Under the pieces are notes generated by a model that saw only the letters and a program-made list of their open reading frames with translations, was not told where the DNA came from and made no database searches. A stretch of DNA of 64,000 bases, taken from positions 44,870 through 108,869 of the forward strand of contig CAWDJR010000019.1 in NCBI GenBank assembly GCA_963802565.1, read 5' to 3'. Numbering within the stretch: position 1 is the stretch's first letter; each line of letters opens with the position of its first letter. A program made the translations under genes and the position numbers. The DNA comes from an uncultured Acidobacteriaceae bacterium (GTDB taxonomy: Bacteria; Acidobacteriota; Terriglobia; Terriglobales; Acidobacteriaceae). This document shows, piece after piece, positions 1 to 9,769 of this stretch.

Positions 1-225
1 CTCGGTCACATGGTGGGAATTGACGTTCACGATCCTGCGCAGTATCCCGCGGTGCTCAAACCAGGCATGGTCTTTACAATCGAACCTGGGGTGTACATCC
101 CCGAAGAAAAAATTGGCGTGCGTATCGAATGCGATTTTCTTGTATTGCCAGATGGCAAGCTTCTCGATCTCGACGCCGACTTGCCGCACACCACCGAAGA
201 AGTAGAAGCAGCGATGCGCAAGTAG
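1..225 (+). CDS. M24-family Xaa-Pro aminopeptidase, C-terminal fragment (5' end upstream of window)
   Basis: Frame 1 is open from base 1 (LGH-MVGIDVHD...). The blocks GH.VGIDVHD, VFTIEPGVY and GVRIECDFLV resemble the C-terminal metal-ligand motifs of the creatinase/prolidase fold. Stop at 223-225. Confidence 0.6.
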   Translation, partial: LGHMVGIDVHDPAQYPAVLKPGMVFTIEPGVYIPEEKIGVRIECDFLVLPDGKLLDLDADLPHTTEEVEAAMRK

Positions 226-247
226 TATTCGGAAAGTTTGTGCAAGC

Positions 248-619
248 ATGGACCAGGACGCGACGGAATCCGCACAACTCGACACATTGAGCCAGGTCTT
301 CTCCGATCAGCTCCACGCTTGCCTTGAAGAATGCGCGCACGGACGTCGTGGTCTTTTCTCCGATCTTCAACTCACAGGCGACGATGAGTCTGAACGCGAA
401 TGGCCTGAAGCTGCCCGCCTCCGCGAACTTGCCATGGCTCTGCAGAACATCTTCGCCCAGCAGGAACAGCGTACCCCCCTCTGCGATGAGTTCCTTGACC
501 TTTGCTCGATGCATGGTGAGAGCCATCCCGGCGAGCAGCGCCTGGCGCGCCTGTTTCTCACTCGCATTGAGCGCGGGCAGGTGGGCACTCCCACGCAGGA
601 ACCGTGGAAACCATGGTAG
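248..619 (+). CDS. hypothetical acidic protein
   Basis: 123-aa ORF with protein-like, helix-rich acidic composition. No family recognised. Its stop overlaps the start of the next ORF. Confidence 0.35.
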   Translation: MDQDATESAQLDTLSQVFSDQLHACLEECAHGRRGLFSDLQLTGDDESEREWPEAARLRELAMALQNIFAQQEQRTPLCDEFLDLCSMHGESHPGEQRLARLFLTRIERGQVGTPTQEPWKPW

Positions 620-1002
620 CCCTGCACGCATTTCTCGCTCTGCTCGCCGGCTTCATGACCATGGCTGCGCTTATAGCAGTTATCACGGCGCTGCTTAAGA
701 GATTGACCCCCGAATGGGTCGGGAAATCAGAAGTCCCCAAGCCGGGCTATATGTTTGTCAACCTCGGCTACTCGTTTCTGGCTGCGGCAGCTGGGGGATA
801 TGTCACCGCCTGGATCGCCGAGCACAATCCGCTGATTCACGTACTGGCGCTGGCGATCACTGTACTGCTGCTCGCCGCGATGAGCGTGTTGCAGCAGCGC
901 GGACGGCAACCAGCGTCGTACATGCTCGCTTTAGTGGCACTCACACCGTTGGGCGTATTGGCCGGCGGTCTTGTCCGACTTCGCGTATTAGGTGTGGTCT
1001 AA
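604..1002 (+). CDS. hypothetical integral membrane protein
   Basis: ORF 604..1002 has about four hydrophobic segments (LALLAGFMTMAALIAVITALL, FLAAAAGGYVTAWI, VLALAITVLLLAAMSVL, LALVALTPLGVLAGGLV). An alternative ATG at 613 overlaps the upstream stop (ATGGTAG). Confidence 0.5.
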   Translation: METMVALHAFLALLAGFMTMAALIAVITALLKRLTPEWVGKSEVPKPGYMFVNLGYSFLAAAAGGYVTAWIAEHNPLIHVLALAITVLLLAAMSVLQQRGRQPASYMLALVALTPLGVLAGGLVRLRVLGVV

Positions 1003-1030
1003 GATCGTTCTCAAGGCACCAATAAACGAA

Positions 1031-1068
1031 GAGGCCGCCTTGTCGAATGTGCTCGACAGGGCGGCCTC
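1031..1068. terminator. bidirectional hairpin between convergent genes
   Basis: gaggccgccttgtcga-atgtgc-tcgacagggcggcctc forms a 16-bp stem with one G-U pair. It lies between the 3' ends of ORFs 604..1002 (+) and 1096..1977 (-). Confidence 0.5.
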
Positions 1069-1095
1069 GTATTGAAACCCGTAGCTTTGTATCCG

Positions 1096-1977
1096 TTAGA
1101 AGCGAAAGCCGAAAGTGACCGGGATGATTTTGGTGTCCTCGCCTACCGTTGTTGTGCCCAGCCCGTTCGGTTCTGTAGTCACCGCAGGCGAAAGAACATT
1201 AAGATAGCGCGCCTCCGCAAAGATCCTCATCTTGCCGTCGCCGTTCCATCCTGCAAATCGGTGCTGGATCCCGCCGCCGACATTCCATCCGCCCTGGTTG
1301 CTTGAGAAGTGCCCCACGACCACGTTCTGCGTGATAGTGCCGCAGTAGAAATATGAGCAATATATCTGTAGTTGCGGATCTGTGAAGCTGGTGACCTTGC
1401 GGTAGAAGCCGTATCCGCCTGTCGCGTAGAACTCAACCGCACTCTTGGGATTGAAATCGTAAATGGGATCAAGCGTGAATGACCAGATGTGGGCGTATCC
1501 ACCCGTTGCTCCAGCCTGGGCGATGATCGCGCCAGGCAACTTGCTGTGAATAAACTGGTACTCCAGGTTGAGGGCGAAGTGTTTGTCGAAACGGTAACCT
1601 GCACCTGCGGTGAAGTTGTAACCCCACGTGATGTACGGCGAGGAATCACTGGTTGGTGCGTTAAATCCGCCGCCCGCCTCGTACGTCATGTGGCTCATGA
1701 ACCCGCCGCCACCGCCGCCGTGAGACTTGTTATCGTATTGACCACCACCTGATCCGTTGGCACCGGGAGCGGCGGGAAATGCAGCCGACGAAGGCATCGA
1801 GGCATCGTCGGCGAGTTGCGGTGCATTCGAGCTGGAATCCGCGGTAGGCACCACCACAGAATTCAAAGAATCAGGAGCAGTCGAGACTTGGGCGCTTGCA
1901 GAATCGAGTGAAAAGGCAAACGCCGCCGACAGCAAGATGGTTCGCCCGGCGAGCGATAAACAGCGGACTGAAATCAT
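1096..1977 (-). CDS. outer-membrane beta-barrel protein
   Basis: Signal peptide (...LLSAAFAFSLDSASAQ), then a Gly/Ser-rich linker, then alternating aromatic/Gly strands. The C-terminus ...VTFGFRF ends in Phe, as in typical OMP barrels. Confidence 0.65.
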   Translation of the reverse strand: MISVRCLSLAGRTILLSAAFAFSLDSASAQVSTAPDSLNSVVVPTADSSSNAPQLADDASMPSSAAFPAAPGANGSGGGQYDNKSHGGGGGGFMSHMTYEAGGGFNAPTSDSSPYITWGYNFTAGAGYRFDKHFALNLEYQFIHSKLPGAIIAQAGATGGYAHIWSFTLDPIYDFNPKSAVEFYATGGYGFYRKVTSFTDPQLQIYCSYFYCGTITQNVVVGHFSSNQGGWNVGGGIQHRFAGWNGDGKMRIFAEARYLNVLSPAVTTEPNGLGTTTVGEDTKIIPVTFGFRF

Positions 1978-2082
1978 TCCGATACCTCACAAAAATATAC
2001 GTATTTGGGGGAATAGCACGTTTTCCCCGTAAGCACTTAGACTCCATTTCGAAGTCAAAGTTGCTCATAACCCTAACATAAC

Positions 2083-2109
2083 GAAAGGCCGGAACAGTTC
2101 CGGCCTTTC
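2083..2109 (-). terminator. hairpin downstream of rng
   Basis: gaaaggccgga-acagt-tccggcctttc forms an 11-bp perfect stem 28 nt after the rng stop, followed on the minus strand by a U-rich stretch (gttatgtt). Confidence 0.5.
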
Positions 2110-2136
2110 GGTTTGAAGCGATGAAAACCCACTTGG

Positions 2137-5100
2137 CTAGCCCTGAATGTCGAATTGCTCAGGATGCAATGTCGGATCGCTCTTAATCAGGATGTTTTTC
2201 CCAATCAACTCTTCAAACTCGGTCATCCAACTTGCGTTATTGGCCTTCAGCACCTTTACGGTCTCCGGATTCACGCGCAGCATCACATCCGCACCCTCAA
2301 AGTGCCGTTTCATCTTGCGTAACTCGGTGTAGATCTCGTTGCATACCGTCGCGGGACTCTTCACCATGCCGGTAGCCTGGCAGGTTGGGCAGGGAACTGA
2401 GAGCGTGCGTTCCAGCGACTGCTTGACGCGCTTACGGGTAATCGCCACCAGGCCAAAGTCGTTAAATTGCAGCACCTTGGTTGGAGCGCGATCATTTTTC
2501 AGCGCCTCTTCAAGTGCGGCCATTACCTTGAAGCGATTCTTGCGCTCATCCATATCGATAAAGTCGATCACAATGATGCCGCCCAAATCTCGCAAGCGAA
2601 TCTGGCGCACAATCTCGGGAATTGCATCGAGGTTGGTCTTTAGAATAGTGTCTTCGAGCCGTGCCGTTTTGCCGACATACTTGCCCGTGTTGATGTCGAT
2701 AGCGACGAGTGCTTCCGTCTGGTTGATCACGATTGATCCACCCGACTTCAGCCACACCTTCGAGCGCAGCGCCTTCGAGATTTCGTCTTGAATGCCGAAA
2801 TGCTCGAAGAGCGGTGTTTCCTTGGTGTAGAGCTTTACGCGTCGAACAAGCGTTGGCGAGAAGCGATTGAGGAAACGTACGATGCGCTCATAATCTGCCT
2901 CGGAGTCGACCCAGATCGATGAGAAATTCGAACTCACCTGGTCGCGCAAAATACGCTCGATCAGTGACAGATCGTGATAGATCAACGCTGGCGATTTGGA
3001 ACTGTCTGACCGCTGCTTGATCTCGTTCCACAGGTGAATCAGGAAACGAAGATCGGCACGCAACTCTTCTTCCGATGCGCCTTCCGCTGCGGTGCGAACG
3101 ATGAATCCACCAGATGCTTCGCCGCGTTCATGCGTGAGAATCCGCTTCAACCGCTGGCGTTCTTCGTCCGAAGCAATCTTGCGGCTCACACCTACGTGCG
3201 TGACTGTCGGCATGAAAACCAGGAACCGTCCCGGCAGCGCAATGTGGCTGGTGATGCGAGCGCCCTTCTTGGCGATCGGCTCCTTTGCAATCTGCACCAG
3301 GATTTCCTGCCCCGGCTTCAGCAGATCCGAAATGATCGGCAGGTCTGAAGTCTGCGCGGAGCGGCGGGAAGGTCCGCGTCCTCCCGGGCGGTGTCCACCG
3401 CGGTCACTGCCACGATCTCCGCGTCCACGACGTCCTCTTCCACCGCGGTCACGGCGCTGCTGATTCTGGCCGTCGACGGCTGGTTGAGTTTCGGTGGCGG
3501 TTGGTTCTTCTTCCCCGTCCTCTTCTTCGCCTTCGAGAGTGTCTTCACCCTCTTCGCCGTTCTTGTCTTCAAACTTCATCTGGATGCGATGATCGAGGTG
3601 AGCTTCTTGCAACATCTCGCCGAGTTCTCCAGAGCGAATCTGCGTGTGAAGCTTTTCTTCTTCCTCGTAGTCGTCCAAATCGTGCTCGTCTGTTTTGTGG
3701 TGATGATGCGGAGCGTCGTATTCTTCGCCCTCAATCAACTCTTCCTCAACCAGCCCGCTGCCCGGCGAGAACGGTGAAGCTACTGGGACAGACGCTTGCT
3801 TTGTTTCTTCCAGTGCTGCTGGGGGGGGTGTATCCTCAGGCTTCTTCTTCTTGCCACCTAGTCCAAACAGCCGGAACTCCACCGGCGGCAATGGATCGAC
3901 GCTGTGCGACGCGCTGCGATCACCTTCGGATTCGGTGCTCTCGTGTTCCGTACTTAACGATTCATGGCGGCCAGACTCAGCAACCGGCTCACCCGGCACT
4001 TCGTGGGGCTCAGATCCGCTGGAAGCCGGTTCAAAGCTCTCCTCCTCCATATCGTCTTCAAATTCGACTGGGGCGTGTCCCCGCAATGGTTCCGGTTCCA
4101 CCTCAACGGCGTGTGTCGGTTCGGCCGAAGTCATCTCCTCGACGAAGTCTTGTTCTTCAATCTCGTCTGCCGAACCGTTATCAATTTCAGGCGCGAAAGA
4201 CTGCTGTTCTTCTGCGGGAGCTCCGGGTTCGCGATTCCGATGTCGCGAGAGCGATTCACCGGGAAGCAACCCGCTACCGTCCCACACAATTGGCGACTCG
4301 ATAAGAGTGGCCGGTTTATATGTTGAAGCTGGCCTAACGGGGGCAGGCGTCTCGAATGCCGGCTTCTCAGCCGACTCAGAGGAAGCACCGCCATATTTCT
4401 TAAGCGATTCACCGGGCAGAACAAATGGCTCAGGAGGCTCTTTCAGATCGCTCTCCACGTTCAGATCGCGAACCGCGTGTTGAAGTCGCCGAAGCCTGTA
4501 TCTCGCGAGCAGTCTGCGGCTCTGACTGAACAGCTTCGTTTACATGGGTCTCGATAAACTCCTGGCTCTCCGCTGGAGCTGGCGAAACATTGCTGCCGCC
4601 ACGGCCTCCGCGACGACGCCTGCGTCCGCGCCAGCGTTTTGTGCCCGCCTCGTCGGATTCCTGTTCAGCCTCGTGCTCCGTCACCTCACCGGGCGCAGTG
4701 AACGCAGCATCGGAGGATTCCGAGGTGATTTCGATCGTCGGCCGGCTTTCGCGATCCGGTCGTTGCTCAGACCTGCCACCGCGTTGGCCGCGATCGGGTC
4801 CACCACGATCCTGTCCGCTACGATCTTGTCCATTGGTATGGCGCACTTCTCGCGGAGCTTGGTTGCCACCGCTTACGGCGGCTTTCTCAAGCTCGTCCGT
4901 CTCTTCCTGGTCTTCCAACTCCATGAAGTCGGTGACGTAGAGGAAGGCGTCGCGCTCCAGGCCGACGTCGACAAACGCTGACTGCATGCCGGGTAGAACG
5001 CGCGTGACGCGTCCGTTATAAATGGACCCCGCCAAGGTGTACTCGTTTTCGCGTTCGTAATAGATTTCCGCGAGTTGATCGTCTTCTAGAATTGCAAGCC

Positions 5101-5143
5101 GCGTCTCATGCGGCGTGCTGGAAATACAAATCTCTTTTGCCAT
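2137..5143 (-). CDS. rng: RNase G/E-family endoribonuclease with a large low-complexity insert in the S1 domain; reading frame interrupted once near 4430-4520
   Basis: ORF 4430..5329 likely starts at ATG 5143, preceded by GGAAAGG. It gives GSIYNGRVTRVLPGMQSAFVDVGLERDAFLY. ORF 2137..4458 gives ISDLLKPGQEILVQIAKEPIAKKGARITSHIALPGRFLVFMP plus the whole catalytic core. Both blocks are near-colinear with E. coli Rng as I recall it. The two ORFs are in different frames, consistent with a net +1 nt. Its position after the mre/mrd genes mirrors E. coli mreBCD-...-rng. Confidence 0.8.
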
Positions 5144-5912
5144 CGTACCTTTCCGCCCAGCGGACTTCGCCAGCTGGGGCCTGCGGCAAGGTGTGGCGGA
5201 GATGCGAGCGGACGGGGAGGATGGAAATGTGCGGAGGAGATGACCGATGCGTGCTTCGCTGGGCCGACAACCTGCGGTCGCCTGCCCCACCGGGGGGCGG
5301 CGAACTCGACAGGCTTCCAAGTCCGGCAAACGTTTCGAAACGGCGATCTGAATACAGAGAGTTTGTGGCCACCCTGAAGGTTGACGCCTGCGACCTTTCG
5401 TCGCAATTGCTCAACCAAGCCCATGCCAACCAAATGATAGACATGAGCGGGGCCGTTAAACCGGGGACCTCTGCGACAGTACTTTGCCGCCGGGGTGGGA
5501 CTATTGCGCTGGCTAGTAAGCTGCTGGTCCGCGTTTCAGGAATCGAAATTCCCGTGCGTCCCCCGCAGCCTCGAAACCAGCGACGCCCGACATCGGCGCG
5601 ATCAGTGTCGATCGCTGGCGAAGTCCGGTTTGCCCGTCTCTGCGTGCTCATTGAACCCAATCCTGCCCGGCGCCCGGTCCACCAGGACCTTGGCCGGATT
5701 TTGCATCCTCTTCCATGTCGTGCGCCGAGCCTGCTCATCGAATCCGCCGGATCTCGTTAGAGCGGCTAATCCAAAGGTGGCCATCGGGGCCAGGCATCTC
5801 TGACGATGCTTGATGTACCTACAAACTCTGCTCTCGCGGTCCGGAAAATCCCGGCAATCCTCAAGAGGGTGGTGCCTTGCAATCTTGCCTCCGACCGATT
5901 GAGATCGGAGTC
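5144..5912 (-). promoter_or_regulatory. 770-nt non-coding spacer, putative structured rng 5' leader
   Basis: No protein-like ORF is present; the overlapping ORFs on both strands are Arg/Gly/Pro-rich. A perfect 14-nt inverted repeat (cggacttcgccagc 5161-5174 and gctggcgaagtccg 5614-5627) would close a domain of about 440 nt, ending 17 nt before the rng ATG. Confidence 0.3.
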
Positions 5913-7021
5913 CTAGTTTACGAACCGGCGCATGCGCACGTTCATCGACTACGCCCAGCGCGAGGAAGGTAAACAACACCGAAGATCCACCGTAACTCAT
6001 TAACGGTAAAGGGATTCCGGTGACTGGCATAAAGCCTATGACCATGCCCACGTTGACCGCGATCTGGAAGGTCAACACAGCCACGATCCCCATAATAATC
6101 AGGGAGCCGGGCAGGTCGGCGGCTGTTTGAGCGTTTTGAATCAAACGCATCAATATGAGAGAAGTATAGCAGTAGCACGAAAACCGCGCCCACGAACCCG
6201 TGCTCTTCGCTGAAGGCCGCAAAGATGAAGTCGGCGTGCGGAATTGGAATGAATGTCACCCTGGGTTTGGGTTCCTTTCGCAGCTCCCTTGCCCCAGATG
6301 CCGCCCGATCCGACCGCGATTTAGGACTGCAACATCTGGTATCCGCGCCTTTGGGGTCATTGTCGGGATTGATGAAGCCCGTGAGGCGAGCCTTTTGGTA
6401 AGGCTTCAGAACCTTTCCGCTGTTCCAGGCTCCAACCACCAGAACCAGGCCCGCTGTAATCAGGATCAGTGCCTGTTTCAAGTTGATCCCACCCAGGAAT
6501 AGTCCGGCAATCAGGATCGGCGTATAGGTGAGGGCGGTTCCCAGATCCGGCTGTGAGAGCACCAGCAGCATGGGAATACCGACCAGCGCGAAAGCTTTGA
6601 AGATTTCTTTCCAGGTCAGGTTCTTGCCGCCGAGATTCGCAAAGTAGCGCGCCACCACCAGAATCAGAATCAGCTTCACCCATTCGGATGGTTGAAAGTG
6701 CATCGGCCCGATCTTGATCCAGCGCTTGGCGCCCAGCACCTTGACCCCGACCAGCTTGACCGCGACCAGAGCTACCAGGCAGACACCGTAGGCCCACGGA
6801 ACCCAGTCGATGAGTTTGTGGTAGTCGATCAGCGAAAAGAGGAACATCGCCACGATGCCGCCGAGGATCCAGTAGATCTGCTTGGTGTGGAACCCGACAT
6901 ACTTGGTGTGCAACGTGGCCGAGTAAATCTCGAGCACGGAGATGGTGCAGAGCAGCGAGATGACCCCGAGAAGCGTCCAGTCGAAATCGCGAAAGCTCAT
7001 GATGCGGCGCATGGGGCTCAT
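5913..7021 (-). pseudogene. rodA: RodA (SEDS-family peptidoglycan polymerase), multiply disrupted as sequenced
   Basis: ORF 5942..7021 and ORF 5602..6222 together give RodA blocks: NPDNDPKGA, GYQMLQS*IAVGSGGIWGKG, HADFIFAAFSEEHGFVGA and GFMPVTGIPLPLMSYGGSS. Reading them needs frame changes near 6345, 6258, 6160 and 5946. There is also an in-frame TAA at 6321-6323 where the conserved Lys is expected. The inferred C-terminus VVMNVRMRRFVN stops at 5913-5915. The start overlaps the mrdA stop (ATGA). Confidence 0.8.
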
Positions 7022-9107
7022 TGTGATTTCACCTGGGCAGCTTTCCCGGCAATGGCTGGGGAAGTCAGCTTCGCTGATTCGGGCCCGGCTGGCGACTTTG
7101 GCGTTTTTGCGTTCTGGCTCTTTGCGGAATCCTGCGGGACCACTCCGTTCGGACCCAACAAGAAATGGCCCGCGTGCAGCTTTGCTCGCGTCTCGCCCTT
7201 TCCGTCGGTGGCCGGGTTTGGAGTCGTCCAGACGGCGCCAACTTCGACCGGGGCATCGGGGCCTTTGGCGGAATGCAGGTTATGCGCCAGCCGCCGCTGC
7301 TTTTCGACGTATGCCGGAACGAAGCGGGCACCGATGCGGGCGGGGAACCAGCTCTTGTTGCCGTTCTGCCAGAGCACGGCGACAACCAGCTCCGGGTTGC
7401 GACGGGGCGTGACGCCGACGAACCAGACATTGGGATCGGTGGATCGGCCTTTGTTGGTCTTGTCGAGAGCTTCGTGGCTCATCACCTGCGCGGTGCCGGT
7501 TTTGCCGGCGAAGTCGATGCCTTCAAGGTGTTCGCCGCCGGCTGTGTGATAGAGGCCCGGCTGTGTCACCTCGGCCATGCCGTCGGTGATCGTGATCCAG
7601 TTCTCAGGATCGATGGGAAGGTTTACATCGCCCGAACCGGGGAGGGTCTCCAAAAGGTCTTTGCGAAAATCCGCGGGCAGCTGATCGGGAAAGCACAGCA
7701 TGCGGACGAACCAGGTGTCCACCCGACGCGATGCCGCCGATGATGCGCGCGAGTTGCAGGGGAGTGGCTTCGACGGCGCCCTGGCCGATGGCAACGTCGA
7801 GTGTTTCGTCCGGATACCACTTGCGGTGGTAGTTCTTCATCAGCCATTGCGTAGAGGGCATGAGGCCCGGCCTGTTCGCCGGGCAAGGTCGATACCTGTC
7901 TTCTGACCGTAGCCGAATCAGTCGCGTACTTGGATATCCTGTCGATGCCGAGCCGGTCGCCAAGCTGGTAATAGAACGTGTCGCAGGAGTAGGGAATCGC
8001 GTTGTGAATGTCCACCGCGCCATGCTTCTCGTCGCAGTGGTGGAAGAATCCGTACGGTCCCCATCCACCGGCGCAGTTCACATGCATGTCTTGCGCAACG
8101 CCTTCCTGCAGGCCTGCAACCGACATCAGGATCTTGAATGTAGAGCCGGGAGCTAGCTGCGCCTGGATCGCCTTGTTCATCAGCGGATGATCGGGATCAG
8201 TAATCAGCTTGTTCCACTCGGAGCGTTCGATCCGCACCGCAAACGCATTCGGATCGAAGCTGGGACGGGAGACTAAAGCAAGAATGTCGCCGTTGCGAGG
8301 ATCCATGGCAACGATCGCGCCATTGCGATCACCCAGCGCGAGTTCCGCCGCCTTCTGCAGGTCGTTGTCGATGGTCAGCTTCAGGTCCTGGCCGGGAATT
8401 GCATGCTGCGTGCCCAGGTAGCCCACTTCGCGGCCGTGGCTGTCGACGATCACATCGCGTGATCCATCCTGCCCGCGCAGTACCTGGTCGTACATCTCTT
8501 CCACGCCGCCTTTGCCCACTACATCGCCCGGTTCATATGCCGCGTATCGCGTCTGGTTCAGGTCTTCTTCGCTGACTTCGCCCACATAGCCGATCAAGTG
8601 CGCTGCGAATCCGTCCCGCGGATAGAGCCGCCGTTCCCCTTCAATCGTTTCCAACTCAGGCAACTCATTGCGATGGGCCTCGATGAAAGCCTGCTCATCG
8701 GCGGTCACATCGGCTTTGATCGGAATCGGCTGGTATCCGGGTGCAGTGCGGTAGCGGTGCAGGGTGTTGCGAAGCTGGTCAAGATCAAGATGCAGCCCGC
8801 GCGCAATGAGAGGAAGATCAGCATCCACGTTGCGGTTTTGCTCGCGAACCAGAAAGCACGATACAGACGGGTAATTGTCGACTACCAGCCGGTTTTCGCG
8901 GTCGAAAAGCTTGCCGCTTGGAGCCAGCACTGGAACCTTACGAATACGATTCTGCTCCGCCAGCATTTGGAAATTTTGTGCCCCAAGAATCTGCAGACGC
9001 CACAATCCGGCCGCCAGCGCGAGCATCACTCCGAGCACGGCGTATTGCACCACCGCCAGCTTGAGGGTGGGGACTTTCTCGCCGCGTGTGAATTTGTCAA
9101 AAGCCAT
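7018..9107 (-). pseudogene. mrdA: penicillin-binding protein 2 (class B transpeptidase), multiply frameshifted as sequenced
   Basis: ORFs 7623..9107, 7604..8068 and 7018..7794 lie in three frames and together give a full PBP2: membrane anchor, LAPGSTFKIL (SxxK) and FAGKTGTAQV (KTG). The block FGYGQKTGIDLPGEQAGLMPSTQW can only be read with three frame switches near 7925, 7885 and 7866. A further switch is needed near 7700. Confidence 0.8.
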
Positions 9108-9245
9108 GGGAAGCTACTTCTAGGATACCTCTATCTTGAATTCTGCCCCTGCCGCGCAGCCGTGCGCGAGAGGCGCCTTTTCATTGCTTGAACCAACGTA
9201 CTCAATTGCGAATTTTCAACCACGAATCCGCTAATCGCGAATTCC

Positions 9246-9767
9246 CTAGTCGCGAATTTTTGTCCGGTCCAGGATCGGAAACAACACCAGCGCAATCAGC
9301 GAATTGCCGATCGCCTTATACAACTCCGTCAACCAGTTCGTATCGATGGACATACCCAGCAGGAAACGAACCACGAAGAAGTATGTGGCGCTTCCTACCA
9401 GCGACAGCACAAACGTCAGTACCAGCCGGATGGCGTGATTCTCAACATTCACCAGCACCCCGACCGAAGCGGCAAGATACCCGACCAGCGTCTTGGCGAT
9501 GCCGTTGATTCCAATGGCATGTCCCGTCAGTGCGTCCTCAAAGAGGCCCATGACGCCACCGAGGATCGACCCCTGAATCGGGTTGCGCCGGCTCAGCGCA
9601 AAAAATACCGTCACCACCAGCGGCAGATCGAACCAGGCAAATCGGCCCAGCAAGCGTGGCAGCCACGCTTGCAACACCAGTGCCGCAATCGGCACCAGCG
9701 CGTAAATCAGCACCGGATAGCTGTGGATCTCGTAGTCGCGGCGGCTCTCGGCCGATAGCACTGACAT
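9246..9767 (-). CDS. mreD: rod shape-determining protein MreD
   Basis: 173-aa polytopic membrane ORF directly downstream of mreC, with a 2-nt gap. Size, hydrophobicity profile and operon position all fit MreD. Confidence 0.75.
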   Translation of the reverse strand: MSVLSAESRRDYEIHSYPVLIYALVPIAALVLQAWLPRLLGRFAWFDLPLVVTVFFALSRRNPIQGSILGGVMGLFEDALTGHAIGINGIAKTLVGYLAASVGVLVNVENHAIRLVLTFVLSLVGSATYFFVVRFLLGMSIDTNWLTELYKAIGNSLIALVLFPILDRTKIRD

Positions 9768-9769
9768 GG

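Noticed and set aside
5092-5760. Overlapping ORFs of 200-220 aa on both strands in the rodA-rng spacer
   Set aside because: Both are Arg/Pro/Gly-rich with no hydrophobic core pattern or motifs, and mutual overlap on opposite strands is typical of non-coding high-G+C DNA. A gene hidden by indels cannot be fully excluded.
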